Shown here: one piece after another, positions 43,201 through 51,792 of the stretch
Layout of the letters: each line of letters opens with the position of its first letter
How positions within the stretch are numbered: the first letter of the stretch is position 1
Source of the DNA: Alphaproteobacteria bacterium
GTDB lineage: Bacteria > Pseudomonadota > Alphaproteobacteria > JAAXGF01
Reading direction: 5' to 3'
DNA length: 64,000 nucleotides
NCBI GenBank assembly: GCA_963555825.3
Contig: CAUVXB020000002.1
Coordinates: forward strand, 2,048,001-2,112,000
Translations under genes and position numbers: made by a program
Notes under the pieces: generated by a model
What the model was told of the DNA's origin: nothing
The model's input: only the letters and a program-made list of their open reading frames with translations
Database searches by the model: none

Positions 43201-44400
43201 ATTTCCCCGGAACATCGCGACAGCTGGTCACGAGTGCTCTATTCGATCGAGGACATCACCGAGGAGCGTCTCGCACAGCAGGAACGGCAAACGGCCGAGG
43301 CCCGGCTTCGAGACGCCATCGGCATCATGAACGATGGCCTCGCTGTTTACGATTCGGAGGGACGTCTCGTGCATTGTAACGACAGGTTCCGCGACATCCA
43401 CGACTACAGCGAGGCCGACACGGAACCGGGTGTCGCCACCTATGACAGCCTAGGCCAGGTGGACGCAGCGCATGGCACCCTCGGACGCCAACCATTGAGC
43501 TTCGCTCAACGTCTTGCGAAGCTTCGCCGAGCCGGCAGCACCGAGACCATTGAAAATATTGGTGACCGAATCCTCGAGCGTCGACAGTCGGCGACCCCCG
43601 AGGGCGGCATCATCAGCGTCAACACCGACGTCACCGAGCGTCGGCAGACAGAGGACAGGGTGCGGCGACGCGAGGCCGAACTCGCGCAGGTGCTGCGCGC
43701 GAGCACCCTCGGAGAAATGGGCGCTACGTTGGCTCATGAAGTCAACCAGCCACTGACCACAGTCATCAGCATTTCGGATGTCTGCCTGCGCAAACTGCGC
43801 TCTCAAACCTGTCGGCCCGAAGAGCTCGAGAGCATGTTGGAGCACGTCTGCGAGCAAGGCGAACGGGCAGCCAAAATCATACGCAGGATCGGACGGTTCG
43901 TTCGAAGGTCGACGCCTGACATTTCTCCGACGCATGTCGACGACATGGTGTCTGAAGCCGTTGAGCTCCTAAAATCCGAGCTGCGGCGCAACAACGTCGA
44001 GCTCCGCCTCGAATTGAAGCGCGGCCTTCCCGCCGTGTCGGTCGACAGAATAGAGATCGAGCAGGTCCTCTTGAACCTGTTGAAGAATGGCAGCGACGCT
44101 TTGAGCGAGGTATTGACCGGGAAGCGCGAGTTGGCCATCCAGACATCAATGTCCGGCGAGGACATGGTCGAGGTCAGCGTGAGTGATACCGGGTCCGGCC
44201 TCGCCGACGACGCAGTGCAAAACGCGTTCGAGCCGTTCTTTACTACCAAGCCGAATGGCACGGGAATGGGTCTGTCGATCAGCCGTACGATCATCGAGGC
44301 GCACGGCGGTCGTTTGTGGTGGAGCAATCGTGACGGTTGCGGCACAATCTTCAGTTTCACCCTGCCGATCGACAGGAGAGCACCACGCCATGGCGTCTGA
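40291..44400 (+). CDS. Membrane-anchored multi-PAS sensor histidine kinase (FixL/TodS-like)
   Basis: N-terminal TM segments, repeated PAS/PAC (DITERKR) units, H-box LAHEVNQPL, N box QVLLNL, DTGSG, FFTTKPNGTGMGL. Confidence 0.93.
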   Translation: MGQILTDIVLEVIRASIVLGIFMFVLVVGRGRFKLAHHGWRLIVGGFGLLLFGSVLDITDNFDSLNRFVVIGDTEVQAFLEKFVGYLGGYALLAIGLLRWIPTIEDLSERKRVEEALRGREAQMRLVTDALPALIAYFDTEQRLQFVNKTFESWYEAPRDEIVGRKIRDVMAEYIAEADYERFRPHVETALTGEDVSFEEFVTYPDGKTRYVWVTYVPEFGSGGSIEGAFAFIQDITERKRMEDAVRESEARLGAIIDNAPNAISLKDRRGHYLLINRVFEDMLDTTSEAVRGKTSSDIFPREFAESGVVHDRGVVEKGRAIEREEELVLGDHVYTYLTTKFPIRDASGDIVSIGAIHTDITERKRSEDALRESEARLRDATHLANLGQFVWDDVAEKCIYCDEEYARIYGVSVAEYLSTYATYESDLDWVHAEDRERYRDVVFTEASKHRGAIDIEYRIIRRDGETRYIHERGTPVLDGDGALIRTIGTIQDITERKRTEERMREIEARYRTLANLSPVGIFHTDAQGLVTYVNERWCEIGGMTTEQAMGAGWIASVHPADRERIDAEWDEAVKNERMYSLEYRYMHREGLVTWCYVQAVAETDADGKLAGHVGCVTDITERKRAEEALRQAHDELELRVEERTSELRAVNAQLLEEVTERKQAEATLKESEKKLREILENSPVGVAVVSHAKDDARVTGKRLFINSALVQMFGGASGEDLIEAEISDSWVYLDQLQAIEEIMTSRDELVDFEAERRRLDGTEWWVSMNSRPIQFEGQDCTMVWHFDITERKRAEEALRRARDDLELRVEERTADLRTTNRVLLDEIAERKRAEQALQESEARYRAIFEQSPIGIWVDDWSMVKKMIDGLARRGVKDWRGYFHRRPEQLAKAYDLGHPTEISQAILEIYRAPTKQAVIDATVSETATPEMLEGFLAGLIAFIEGKTSHTHEATDIANDGSKILVRNSAVISPEHRDSWSRVLYSIEDITEERLAQQERQTAEARLRDAIGIMNDGLAVYDSEGRLVHCNDRFRDIHDYSEADTEPGVATYDSLGQVDAAHGTLGRQPLSFAQRLAKLRRAGSTETIENIGDRILERRQSATPEGGIISVNTDVTERRQTEDRVRRREAELAQVLRASTLGEMGATLAHEVNQPLTTVISISDVCLRKLRSQTCRPEELESMLEHVCEQGERAAKIIRRIGRFVRRSTPDISPTHVDDMVSEAVELLKSELRRNNVELRLELKRGLPAVSVDRIEIEQVLLNLLKNGSDALSEVLTGKRELAIQTSMSGEDMVEVSVSDTGSGLADDAVQNAFEPFFTTKPNGTGMGLSISRTIIEAHGGRLWWSNRDGCGTIFSFTLPIDRRAPRHGV

Positions 44401-45019
44401 GCCCAAGGTTTACGTCGTTGATGATGAAGAGGGCATACGCGAATCAGTTCGGCTGCTCGTAGAAACGGTCGACCTGGACGTGGAGACGTTCGCCTCCTTC
44501 CAGGAATTCCACGGTGCCTATGATCCTGATCGACCGGCTTGCTTGGTGCTCGATATTCGGATGCTCGGGATAGGTGGAATCGAGGCCCTGGAGATTCTTA
44601 AGGCAGATGCTGTGACCATTCCAGTGATCGTCATCACGGGATACGCCGACGTCCCGACGGCGATCCGCGCCATGAAGGGAGGAGCGGTCGACTTTCTCGA
44701 AAAGCCATTCAATAACCAGGTCCTGCTGGATTGTATTCAGCAATGCCTCGCGCAGGATGCCGAGAAAAAGCGGGAGCAGGTGGAGCGATACGCAATCCTT
44801 GCGCGGTTGGCGCTCCTCACGTTGCGCGAGCGCCAGGTGTTTGATTTGCTGGCCACGGGGAAGACCAATTCGGTCGTCAGCCGGCACATGGGAATCGGCC
44901 GCCGGACCGTCGATAGTCACCGGGCCACGCTGATGCGCAAATTGGGCGTCAGTTCGGCGGCAGAAATCGGCAGAATCGCCACACTCAGCGAGCTGCATCA
45001 AGGTCGGCCTCTGCGGTGA
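44390..45019 (+). CDS. FixJ/LuxR-family response regulator
   Basis: VVDDE, LDIRM, ITGYAD, DFLEKPF and a C-terminal LuxR HTH; overlaps the kinase stop. Confidence 0.92.
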   Translation: MASEPKVYVVDDEEGIRESVRLLVETVDLDVETFASFQEFHGAYDPDRPACLVLDIRMLGIGGIEALEILKADAVTIPVIVITGYADVPTAIRAMKGGAVDFLEKPFNNQVLLDCIQQCLAQDAEKKREQVERYAILARLALLTLRERQVFDLLATGKTNSVVSRHMGIGRRTVDSHRATLMRKLGVSSAAEIGRIATLSELHQGRPLR

Positions 45020-45465
45020 ACTCGCTATCGTTGTCCGATCGGATGTGGGCCAGTGGACTTCGGTCTACGAACAACTCGGCCAGGCAATGCAGCACATCGT
45101 CGGATCGCAGGTGTCCGGCGACGTCGATCGCCGGGCACTCTCTGGTGTACTCGTCGTTGATCGTCAGCATGCGGAACGCCCTGCCATCGTGTGCGCGGGC
45201 CATGATGAAGTCATAGGCCCAGACATGGTTCGGCCAGCTCGGCCGAAGACGGATGCAGGATCCGTCGATTGCCGTAGTGGCCATACTTCGCTGGTCAGCC
45301 GTACGATCGCCTCGGTGAGTGCCGCGTCATCGTCAGCCCCGACACCCCGATAACGTTCCATCGAGAATGGTTGTTCGATGACCCGGCACACACCCGATGC
45401 TCGGGCGCCACATATCGTGTGCAGGATTGCTCATCACGGCGTTGGCGCTGCTCGGGGCTGAGAGC
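45010..45465 (-). pseudogene. Degraded IS3-family (IS407-like) transposase fragment
   Basis: LSPEQR, DDAALTEAIVRL, PNHVWAYDF..DGRAFRMLT.DEYTREC, IRSDN.SEF spread over broken frames. Confidence 0.8.
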
Positions 45466-45603
45466 AAAAACCACTGACATTAGCGCCAAGGTGGAAATCG
45501 TTGCATTGGTATAGGGGAAAATTTAATTGTTCCATCTGCGCGAAATACGGAGTATAATGGAGATAATAACGGATATTAATATGATAATTGCGGAGTGCGA
45601 GAT

Positions 45604-45955
45604 ATGGCCCTCGGTGGCAAGTTGTTTAATGCGTCCAAAGTGAATCTCGAATGCGCCCCGGACGCGCCTGGAATTTATAGCCTCTATTTGGACGGCAGAT
45701 TTATCTACATCGGGCGAGCGGACGGTGGCAGCAACACGATTAAGAGCCGCCTAGCCGATCACAAGCAGGGCCATGACGGCCCGTGCACTCAACTCTTCAC
45801 TCATTACACGCGCGAAGTCACCATGAAGGTGACTGCCCGCTATAACGAGCTTCTTGAACATTACAGCCGGAAGTTCGGCACCCTTCCGGAATGCAACCTG
45901 TGTATCAACGGGCAGAGCGTGTCGGTGTGGGACAGCGTTCGGAGGGAACAACCGG
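45604..45955 (+). CDS. Small GIY-YIG-like protein, 3' end interrupted by an IS3-like element
   Basis: PGIYSL..FIYIGRA..IKSRL.DH..LPECN; TATAAT at 45553 upstream; removing the IS gives a stop at 47419-47421. Confidence 0.7.
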
Positions 45956-46021
45956 TGAGTCGGACCCGATTTCCTTGGACACAGAATTGGCTTAATCGAA
46001 GTGTCCAAGGAGGACCGGAAC

Positions 46022-46432
46022 ATGACCGACAATTTTGAGAACAAAGTTGCTGTTGATGGGCCTGTGGTAAACGAGGGCGAGCTTGGCTCGTCCACGTTTT
46101 CCCCGGGCCAGGTTTCGCCGGCAGGCCCGCTGGGACTTGGCCAGCGGTGGACGGTGACGCGCAAGCGTGAGGTTGCCCTGCGGCTTTTGCGTGGCGAGCC
46201 GGTGGAACTTTTGTCGCGGCAGTTGGGCGTGGAGATTTTCCGGCTCGAGCAGTGGCGTGAGAAGGCGATCGCCGGGATCGATGCCTCGCTCAAGGAACGC
46301 AAGGGCGATCCGGTGAAGGCGGAACTGGACATCGCCATGAAGCGGATCGGGGAGTTGATCATGCAGGTGGAACTGCTGGAGGCCAAGACGGAGACGTCCG
46401 GCCCTTTGGGGCGGCGGAGGTCGCGGCGATGA
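46022..46432 (+). CDS. IS3-like transposase OrfA (HTH)
   Basis: AGGAGG RBS; RWTVTRKREVALRLLRGE..LSRQLGV..LEQWR HTH and coiled coil. Confidence 0.85.
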   Translation: MTDNFENKVAVDGPVVNEGELGSSTFSPGQVSPAGPLGLGQRWTVTRKREVALRLLRGEPVELLSRQLGVEIFRLEQWREKAIAGIDASLKERKGDPVKAELDIAMKRIGELIMQVELLEAKTETSGPLGRRRSRR

Positions 46433-47340
46433 GTGCCGCCACCTCTCCCGGCACGGGTTTGGCCTACGGCCTCCAGCGGGTCTGTGCGGCCTGGGGTTTT
46501 GCCCGTTCCTCGTTCTACGCCATGAAATCCCGGCAGCAGGCCACCGCTGAGCGCCCACCAGCAAAGCGCCGGGGACCGAAGCCCTCGATCTCGGACGAGG
46601 CTCTGCTGGTGGCCATCGAGGCCGACCTGGAGGCATCCCCCTGGGAGGGCGAGGGACACCGCAAGGTCTGGGCTCGGCTTCGGGTCTGTCGTGGCATCCG
46701 TGTTTCCCGCAAGCGGGGGCTCCGGGTGATGCGCGAGAACAACCTGCTCTCGCCCCATCGCTGCCGCCGCCGTGGCGGAAATCCCCATGTCGGTGAGATC
46801 ATCACCCATGCCCCCAACCTCATGTGGGGCACGGACGGCGTTCGGGTGTTCACGGTGGACGACGGCTGGGGCTGGATATTCACCGCCATCGAGCATTGGA
46901 ACGCCGAGTGCGTCGGCTGGCATGTGTGCAAGCGAGGCGACCGCTTCGCCGCCCTTCAGCCGATCTCCATGGGGCTTGCGAGGCTGTATGCCTCGACCTC
47001 CGCCGGTGCGGCGCGGGGGCTGGCCTTGCGGATGGATCACGGCTCCCAGTATCTGTCGGACCACTTCACCAACCAGATCAAGTTCTGGGGCATCCAGCCG
47101 TCCTACGCCTTCGTCGAACAGCCCCAGACCAACGGCGTCGCCGAGAGGTTCAATCGCACGCTCAAGGAACAGATCATCCATGGCCGCATCTACCGCAACA
47201 TCGCGGAGCTGCGGAACGCCGTCCGCGGGTTCGTCGAACAGTACAATGCCCAGTGGATCGTGGAGAAGAACGGCTACCTGAGCCCCGCTCAAGCTCGTCA
47301 GGCGTGGCACACCGCGATGTCACTCAGGCCCGCCGCATGA
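46429..47340 (+). CDS. IS3-like transposase OrfB (integrase core)
   Basis: GHRKVWARL, PNLMWGTD, MDHGSQY, NGVAERFNRTLKE (DDE); ATGA overlap with OrfA. Confidence 0.92.
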   Translation: MSAATSPGTGLAYGLQRVCAAWGFARSSFYAMKSRQQATAERPPAKRRGPKPSISDEALLVAIEADLEASPWEGEGHRKVWARLRVCRGIRVSRKRGLRVMRENNLLSPHRCRRRGGNPHVGEIITHAPNLMWGTDGVRVFTVDDGWGWIFTAIEHWNAECVGWHVCKRGDRFAALQPISMGLARLYASTSAGAARGLALRMDHGSQYLSDHFTNQIKFWGIQPSYAFVEQPQTNGVAERFNRTLKEQIIHGRIYRNIAELRNAVRGFVEQYNAQWIVEKNGYLSPAQARQAWHTAMSLRPAA

Positions 47341-47572
47341 GACAAACTTGTGTCCAAGGAACCGGGTGCGATACAGAGGGAACAACCGGGAGAGCCACGA
47401 CATCGACGGCCACAGTGCTGACGACCATGCGACCAGCGTGTACACCGAGGCGCCAAGCTGCAACGCGCTTGTCGATAATCCTGGGGGATCACGATCGATG
47501 AGAAACGTGCCTCGTCGCGATTGATCAAGAATTGAGTGATCCCTCACTTCACATTGGGGACGTGAGCACGAC

Positions 47573-48433
47573 ATGGCAGATGCGGGACCGGCACACCTCG
47601 AATGGAAGGACGCCGTTGAACAGCTCGAACGGGCGAACCGGACGATCGAGGAGCAGGCCGAGCATCTCCAGATGGTCATGGACAGCGCGACGATCTCGAT
47701 CTTCTCGCTGAACATCGAGGGCAAGATCACCAGCGCGAACCAGATGACCGCCGAGATGACGGGCCGGCCGGTCGCCGATCTGATCGGTGCGTCCTTCGCC
47801 GGCTTGATCGATAGCGACGACCCGGCCGAGGCCGAGGCGCTGGTCGCCAAGGTGATCGAGGACGGTTATTTCGTGTCCAATCACGAGGCGACAGTCCGCC
47901 GTCCCGACGCCAGCGTACGGATCATCATCCTCAGCTTGCGCGCCCTGACCCGTGACGGTGACATCACCGGCGTCGCGGGCATCGCGAACGACGTGACCGA
48001 ACTGCGCCAGCAGCGCAAGGCGCTGTCGGCCTATCTGCGCATGCTCGAAACGCCCGACCCGACCCTGCTGTCGCTCATGGTGCGCGAATCGCCTGGCTTA
48101 CCCGCCGAGAGCGCGGCCCAGACCGCGGTCGCCGAGGCCGCCGACGACGCCGCGAACCTCGTCCAGATGGACAAGCAGGAACATCGGTCGCATCCGCGCT
48201 TCAAGGTCTACAAGGGCAGCAAGATCTCATTCAACAACGAAACGTCGATCGTCGATTGCGTCGTGCGCAATCTATCGGAGGGCGGCGCGCGGTTGCAGTT
48301 CCCGTCGCACTTCGACTGCCCGCGCTTCGTCGTCCTGCGCATCTCGGGCGGCAATGCCTACAACTGCGAGGTACGCCAGTTCGCCAACAACATCATGGGC
48401 GTCAAATTCCTCGGCGAGCATATTTCGCTTTAA
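47573..48433 (+). CDS. PAS + PilZ domain protein
   Basis: N-terminal PAS/PAC (..NDVTE); C-terminal PilZ with RxxxR (RSHPR) and NxSxxG (NLSEGG). Confidence 0.85.
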   Translation: MADAGPAHLEWKDAVEQLERANRTIEEQAEHLQMVMDSATISIFSLNIEGKITSANQMTAEMTGRPVADLIGASFAGLIDSDDPAEAEALVAKVIEDGYFVSNHEATVRRPDASVRIIILSLRALTRDGDITGVAGIANDVTELRQQRKALSAYLRMLETPDPTLLSLMVRESPGLPAESAAQTAVAEAADDAANLVQMDKQEHRSHPRFKVYKGSKISFNNETSIVDCVVRNLSEGGARLQFPSHFDCPRFVVLRISGGNAYNCEVRQFANNIMGVKFLGEHISL

Positions 48434-48681
48434 ACTTGGTGGTTCAGTTCCCAGGGGAACGCCCTTGGTGATGCTGGCGACATAGGCGCGATGCCAACAA
48501 AAGCCATGAAGAGTACTTGAGCCCGTTTCATCGTCGGGTTCTTGGCGTCGAGTGTGTAAAGTTTATGTTTGGCGAAATTTCTCGAGTTGTCCGCTTATGA
48601 TGCGGTGGACGGCTCCCACCCGCAGGCATCTAGGTGCCAAAATGGTGGTTTCGATGAACCACAGGGAAATAGGAGCCGTCC

Positions 48682-49704
48682 ATGAACGAAGTTATCACGA
48701 TCGGTGTTGATCTTGCGAAGAACGTATTTCAGGTGCATGGCGTTGACGCCGAGGGAACCGTGGTCGTCCGCCGTCAGTTGAGGCGGCGTCAGGTGCTGGC
48801 CTTCTTCGAGAAACAGCCGCCCTGCCTGGTTGGTATGGAGGCATGTGCGACCGCGCATTACTGGGCGCGGGAGATCGCGGCGCTTGGGCATGAGGTCAAG
48901 CTGATGCCGCCGCGCTATGTGAAGCCCTACGTGAAGCGGAACAAGAATGACGCTGCCGATGCGGAGGCTATTTGCGAGGCCGTCACGCGCCCGACGATGC
49001 GCTTTGTCGCGGTGAAGAGCGTCGAGCAGCAGAGCGTTCTGATGCTGCACCGAACGCGCGAGCTTCTGGTCCGCCAGAGAACCATGCTGGTCAACGCTAC
49101 GCGGGCGCACATGGCGGAGTTCGGGGTGGTGGCGCGAACCGGGTTGCCGCAGGTCAAGGAGCTGCTCGCGGTGATCAGCGATGAGGCGGATGAGCGCATT
49201 CCGCCCCTGGCGCGGACTTGCCTGGAAGGGCTGGCGCGGCAGTTGCTGTCGCTGGAGCGGGAGATCGTCGGCGCTGAGAGGCGTATCCACGCCTGGCACC
49301 GGACGAACGAAGAGAGCCTGCGTCTCGAAACCACACCCGGCATCGGACCGATCACGGCGAGCGCGCTGGCATCTTCGATTGCCAATCCGTCGATCTTCAA
49401 ATCGGGCCGCTCAATGGCCGCTTGGATCGGGCTGGTGCCAAGACAGAACTCGACCGGTGGCAAGGAGCGCATGGGGCGGATCTCCAAGCAGGGCGATCAA
49501 TACCTGCGCTGGCTGCTGGTCGCCGGCGCCATGACGGTCATCCGCCACGCCAAGCGACGCGGCACGACCGATCCATGGCTTGCCAACATCATCGCCGACA
49601 AGCCGACCAAGGTCGCGGCCGTGGCGCTGGCCAACAAGAACGCCCGCATTGCCTGGGCGCTTCTGAGACATGGCGGAACCTATCGCAGGCCCGCGACGGC
49701 CTAG
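48682..49704 (+). CDS. IS110-family recombinase/transposase
   Basis: DEDD RuvC-like motifs GVDLAK, GMEAC, KNDAADA; Tnp20 domain PGIGP, GLVPRQNSTGGK (catalytic Ser), KVAAVALANK. Confidence 0.96.
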   Translation: MNEVITIGVDLAKNVFQVHGVDAEGTVVVRRQLRRRQVLAFFEKQPPCLVGMEACATAHYWAREIAALGHEVKLMPPRYVKPYVKRNKNDAADAEAICEAVTRPTMRFVAVKSVEQQSVLMLHRTRELLVRQRTMLVNATRAHMAEFGVVARTGLPQVKELLAVISDEADERIPPLARTCLEGLARQLLSLEREIVGAERRIHAWHRTNEESLRLETTPGIGPITASALASSIANPSIFKSGRSMAAWIGLVPRQNSTGGKERMGRISKQGDQYLRWLLVAGAMTVIRHAKRRGTTDPWLANIIADKPTKVAAVALANKNARIAWALLRHGGTYRRPATA

Positions 49705-51654
49705 GCCGACGAAAACAAGGCGTTCACGAGTTTGGCGGAGTGTAAGTGACGTAATGCAAAATCGGTCGAACCGAGGATCGGGAAAACCCGCTATAGCCAC
49801 GGCGCCTCGAGCGCGTGCTTATGACTGGGACCCGACCCCGCGGATCGCATTAGGGCCAGCGGCCATGTACGCCGCACCAAAAGGCCGGACACATGGCAGC
49901 ACCCGACCAGCTTGCATCAACGTCACAAAATCTCTTGCCAACAGGGAGCCGTCCACACATGAGACATGGCGGAACCTATCGCAGGCCCGCGACGGCCTAG
50001 GCCGACGAAAACAAGGCGTTCACGAGTTTGGCGGAGTGTAAGTGACGTAATGCAAAATCGGTCGAACCGAGGATCGGGAAAACCCGCTATAGCCACGGCG
50101 CCTCGAGCGCGTGCTTATGACTGGGACCCGACCCCGCGGATCGCATTAGGGCCAGCGGCCATGTACGCCGCACCAAAAGGCCGGACACATGGCAGCACCC
50201 GACCAGCTTGCATCAACGTCACAAAATCTCTTGCCAACAGGGGGCCGTCCACACATGAGACATGGCGGAACCTATCGCAGGCCCGCGTCGGCCTAGGCCG
50301 ACGAAAACAAGGCGTTCACGAGTTTGGCGGAGTGTAAGTGACGTAATGCAAAATCGGTCGAACCGAGGATCGGGAAAACCCGCTATAGCCACGGCGCCTC
50401 GAGCGCGTGCTTATGACTGGGACCCGACCCCGCGGATCGCATTAGGGCCAGCGGCCATGTACGCCGCACCAAAAGGCCGGACACATGGCAGCACCCGACC
50501 AGCTTGCATCAACGTCACAAAATCTCTTGCCAACAGGGAGCCGTCCACACATGAGACATGGACCCGACCTATCGCAGGCCCGCGACGGCCTAGGCCGACG
50601 AAAACAAGGCGATCACGAGTTTGGCGGAGTGCATTAGGGCCAGCGGCCATGTACGCCGCACCAATCAAGGCCGGAACATGGCAGCACCCGACCATGTACG
50701 CTTGCATCAAGGCGTCACGAGCTTGGCGGAATCTCTTGCCAACAGGGAGCCGTCCACACATGACTGGGACCCGACCCCGCGGATCGCATTAGGGCCAGCG
50801 GCCATGTACGCCGCACCAAAAGGCCGGACACATGGCAGCACCCGACCAGCTTGCATCAACGTCACAAAATCTCTTGCCAACAGGGAGCCGTCCACACATG
50901 ACTGGGACCCGACCCCGCGGATCGCATTAGGGCCAGCGGCCATGTACGCCGCACCAAAAGGCCGGACACATGGCAGCACCCGACCAGCTTGCATCAACGT
51001 CACAAAATCTCTTGCCAACAGGGAGCCGTCCACACATGGGCCAACAGGGAGCCGTCCACACATGACTGGGACCCGACCCCGCGATCGCATTAGGGCCAGC
51101 GGCCATGTACGCCGCACCAAAAGGCCGGACACATGTACGCCGCACCAAAAGGCCGGACACATGGCAGCACCCGACCAGCTTGCATCAACGTCACAAAATC
51201 TCTTGCCAACAGGGAGCCGTCCACACATGCCAACAGGGAGCCGTCCACACATGACTGGGACCCGACCCCGCGGATCGCATTAGGGCCAGCGGCCATGTAC
51301 GCCGCACCAAAAGGCCGGACACATGGCAGCACCCGACCAGCTTGCATCAACGTCACAAAATCTCTTGCCAACAGGGAGCCGTCCACACATGCCAACAGGG
51401 AGCCGTGCCAACAGGGAGCCGTCCACACATGCCAACAGGGAGCCGTCCACACATGTACAGGGAGCCGTCCACACATGCCAAAGGGAGCCGGACACATGCC
51501 AACAGGGACCCGTCCGCATGCAACAGGGACGTCCACCATGCCAAAGGGATCCACACATGCCAACAGGGAGCCGTCCACACATGCCACACATGGGAGCCCC
51601 GACCAGCTTGCATCAACGTCACATCACTTGCCAACAGGGAGCCGTCCACACATG
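49664..51654 (+). repeat. Nested tandem array of IS1111 right-end segments (296, 138 and 24-26 bp units, partly scrambled)
   Basis: Right-end CCGTCCACACA-TG recurs with its T at 49960, 50256, 50552, 50761, 50899, 51037, 51063, 51228, 51252, 51390 ... 51653. Confidence 0.95.
49740..49920 (+). ncRNA. Predicted bridge/seek RNA of the IS1111-type element (ends approximate)
   Basis: Target loop: TAGCCA (49794-49799), hairpin, GCTTATG (49817-49823), matching target GCTTA-TG-GCT; donor loop: CGCATTA (49846-49852), hairpin, ACACATG (49889-49895), matching circle junction ACACA-TG-ATGCG. Confidence 0.75.
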
Positions 51655-51792
51655 GCTGAGGCGGCTGGGAACGGACATTGGGCGACCGACGCCGCCAGGT
51701 CCGCTTTCCGCTCGTAAGCCGATTCGATTCCCTTGGGAGTCCGGGCGTGAGCCACGGGTCGGCTCGGGTCGGCAAGCCGGGTTGACTTGAAC

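Larger units (their letters stand above)
45956..47375 (+). mobile_element. IS3-like insertion sequence with 14-bp flanking direct repeat
   Basis: TG...CA ends; imperfect TIRs TGAGTCGGACCCGATTTCCTTGGACACA / TGTATCGCACCCGGTTCCTTGGACACA; GAGGGAACAACCGG on both sides. Confidence 0.9.
48598..49961 (+). mobile_element. IS110-family, IS1111-type element (first complete right end at 49961, last at 51654)
   Basis: Sub-terminal IRs GTGGACGGCTCCC (48605-48617) and GGGAGCCGTCCAC (49944-49956); TG core at both ends; ~255-bp non-coding right end. Confidence 0.92.

Noticed and set aside
51037-51654. 24-bp repeats as a CRISPR array
   Set aside because: No unique spacers and no cas genes; the units are the IS terminus itself
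49670-51790. Repeated 100-220 aa ORFs in the array
   Set aside because: Translations of non-coding IS right-end repeats; no RBS or protein-like composition
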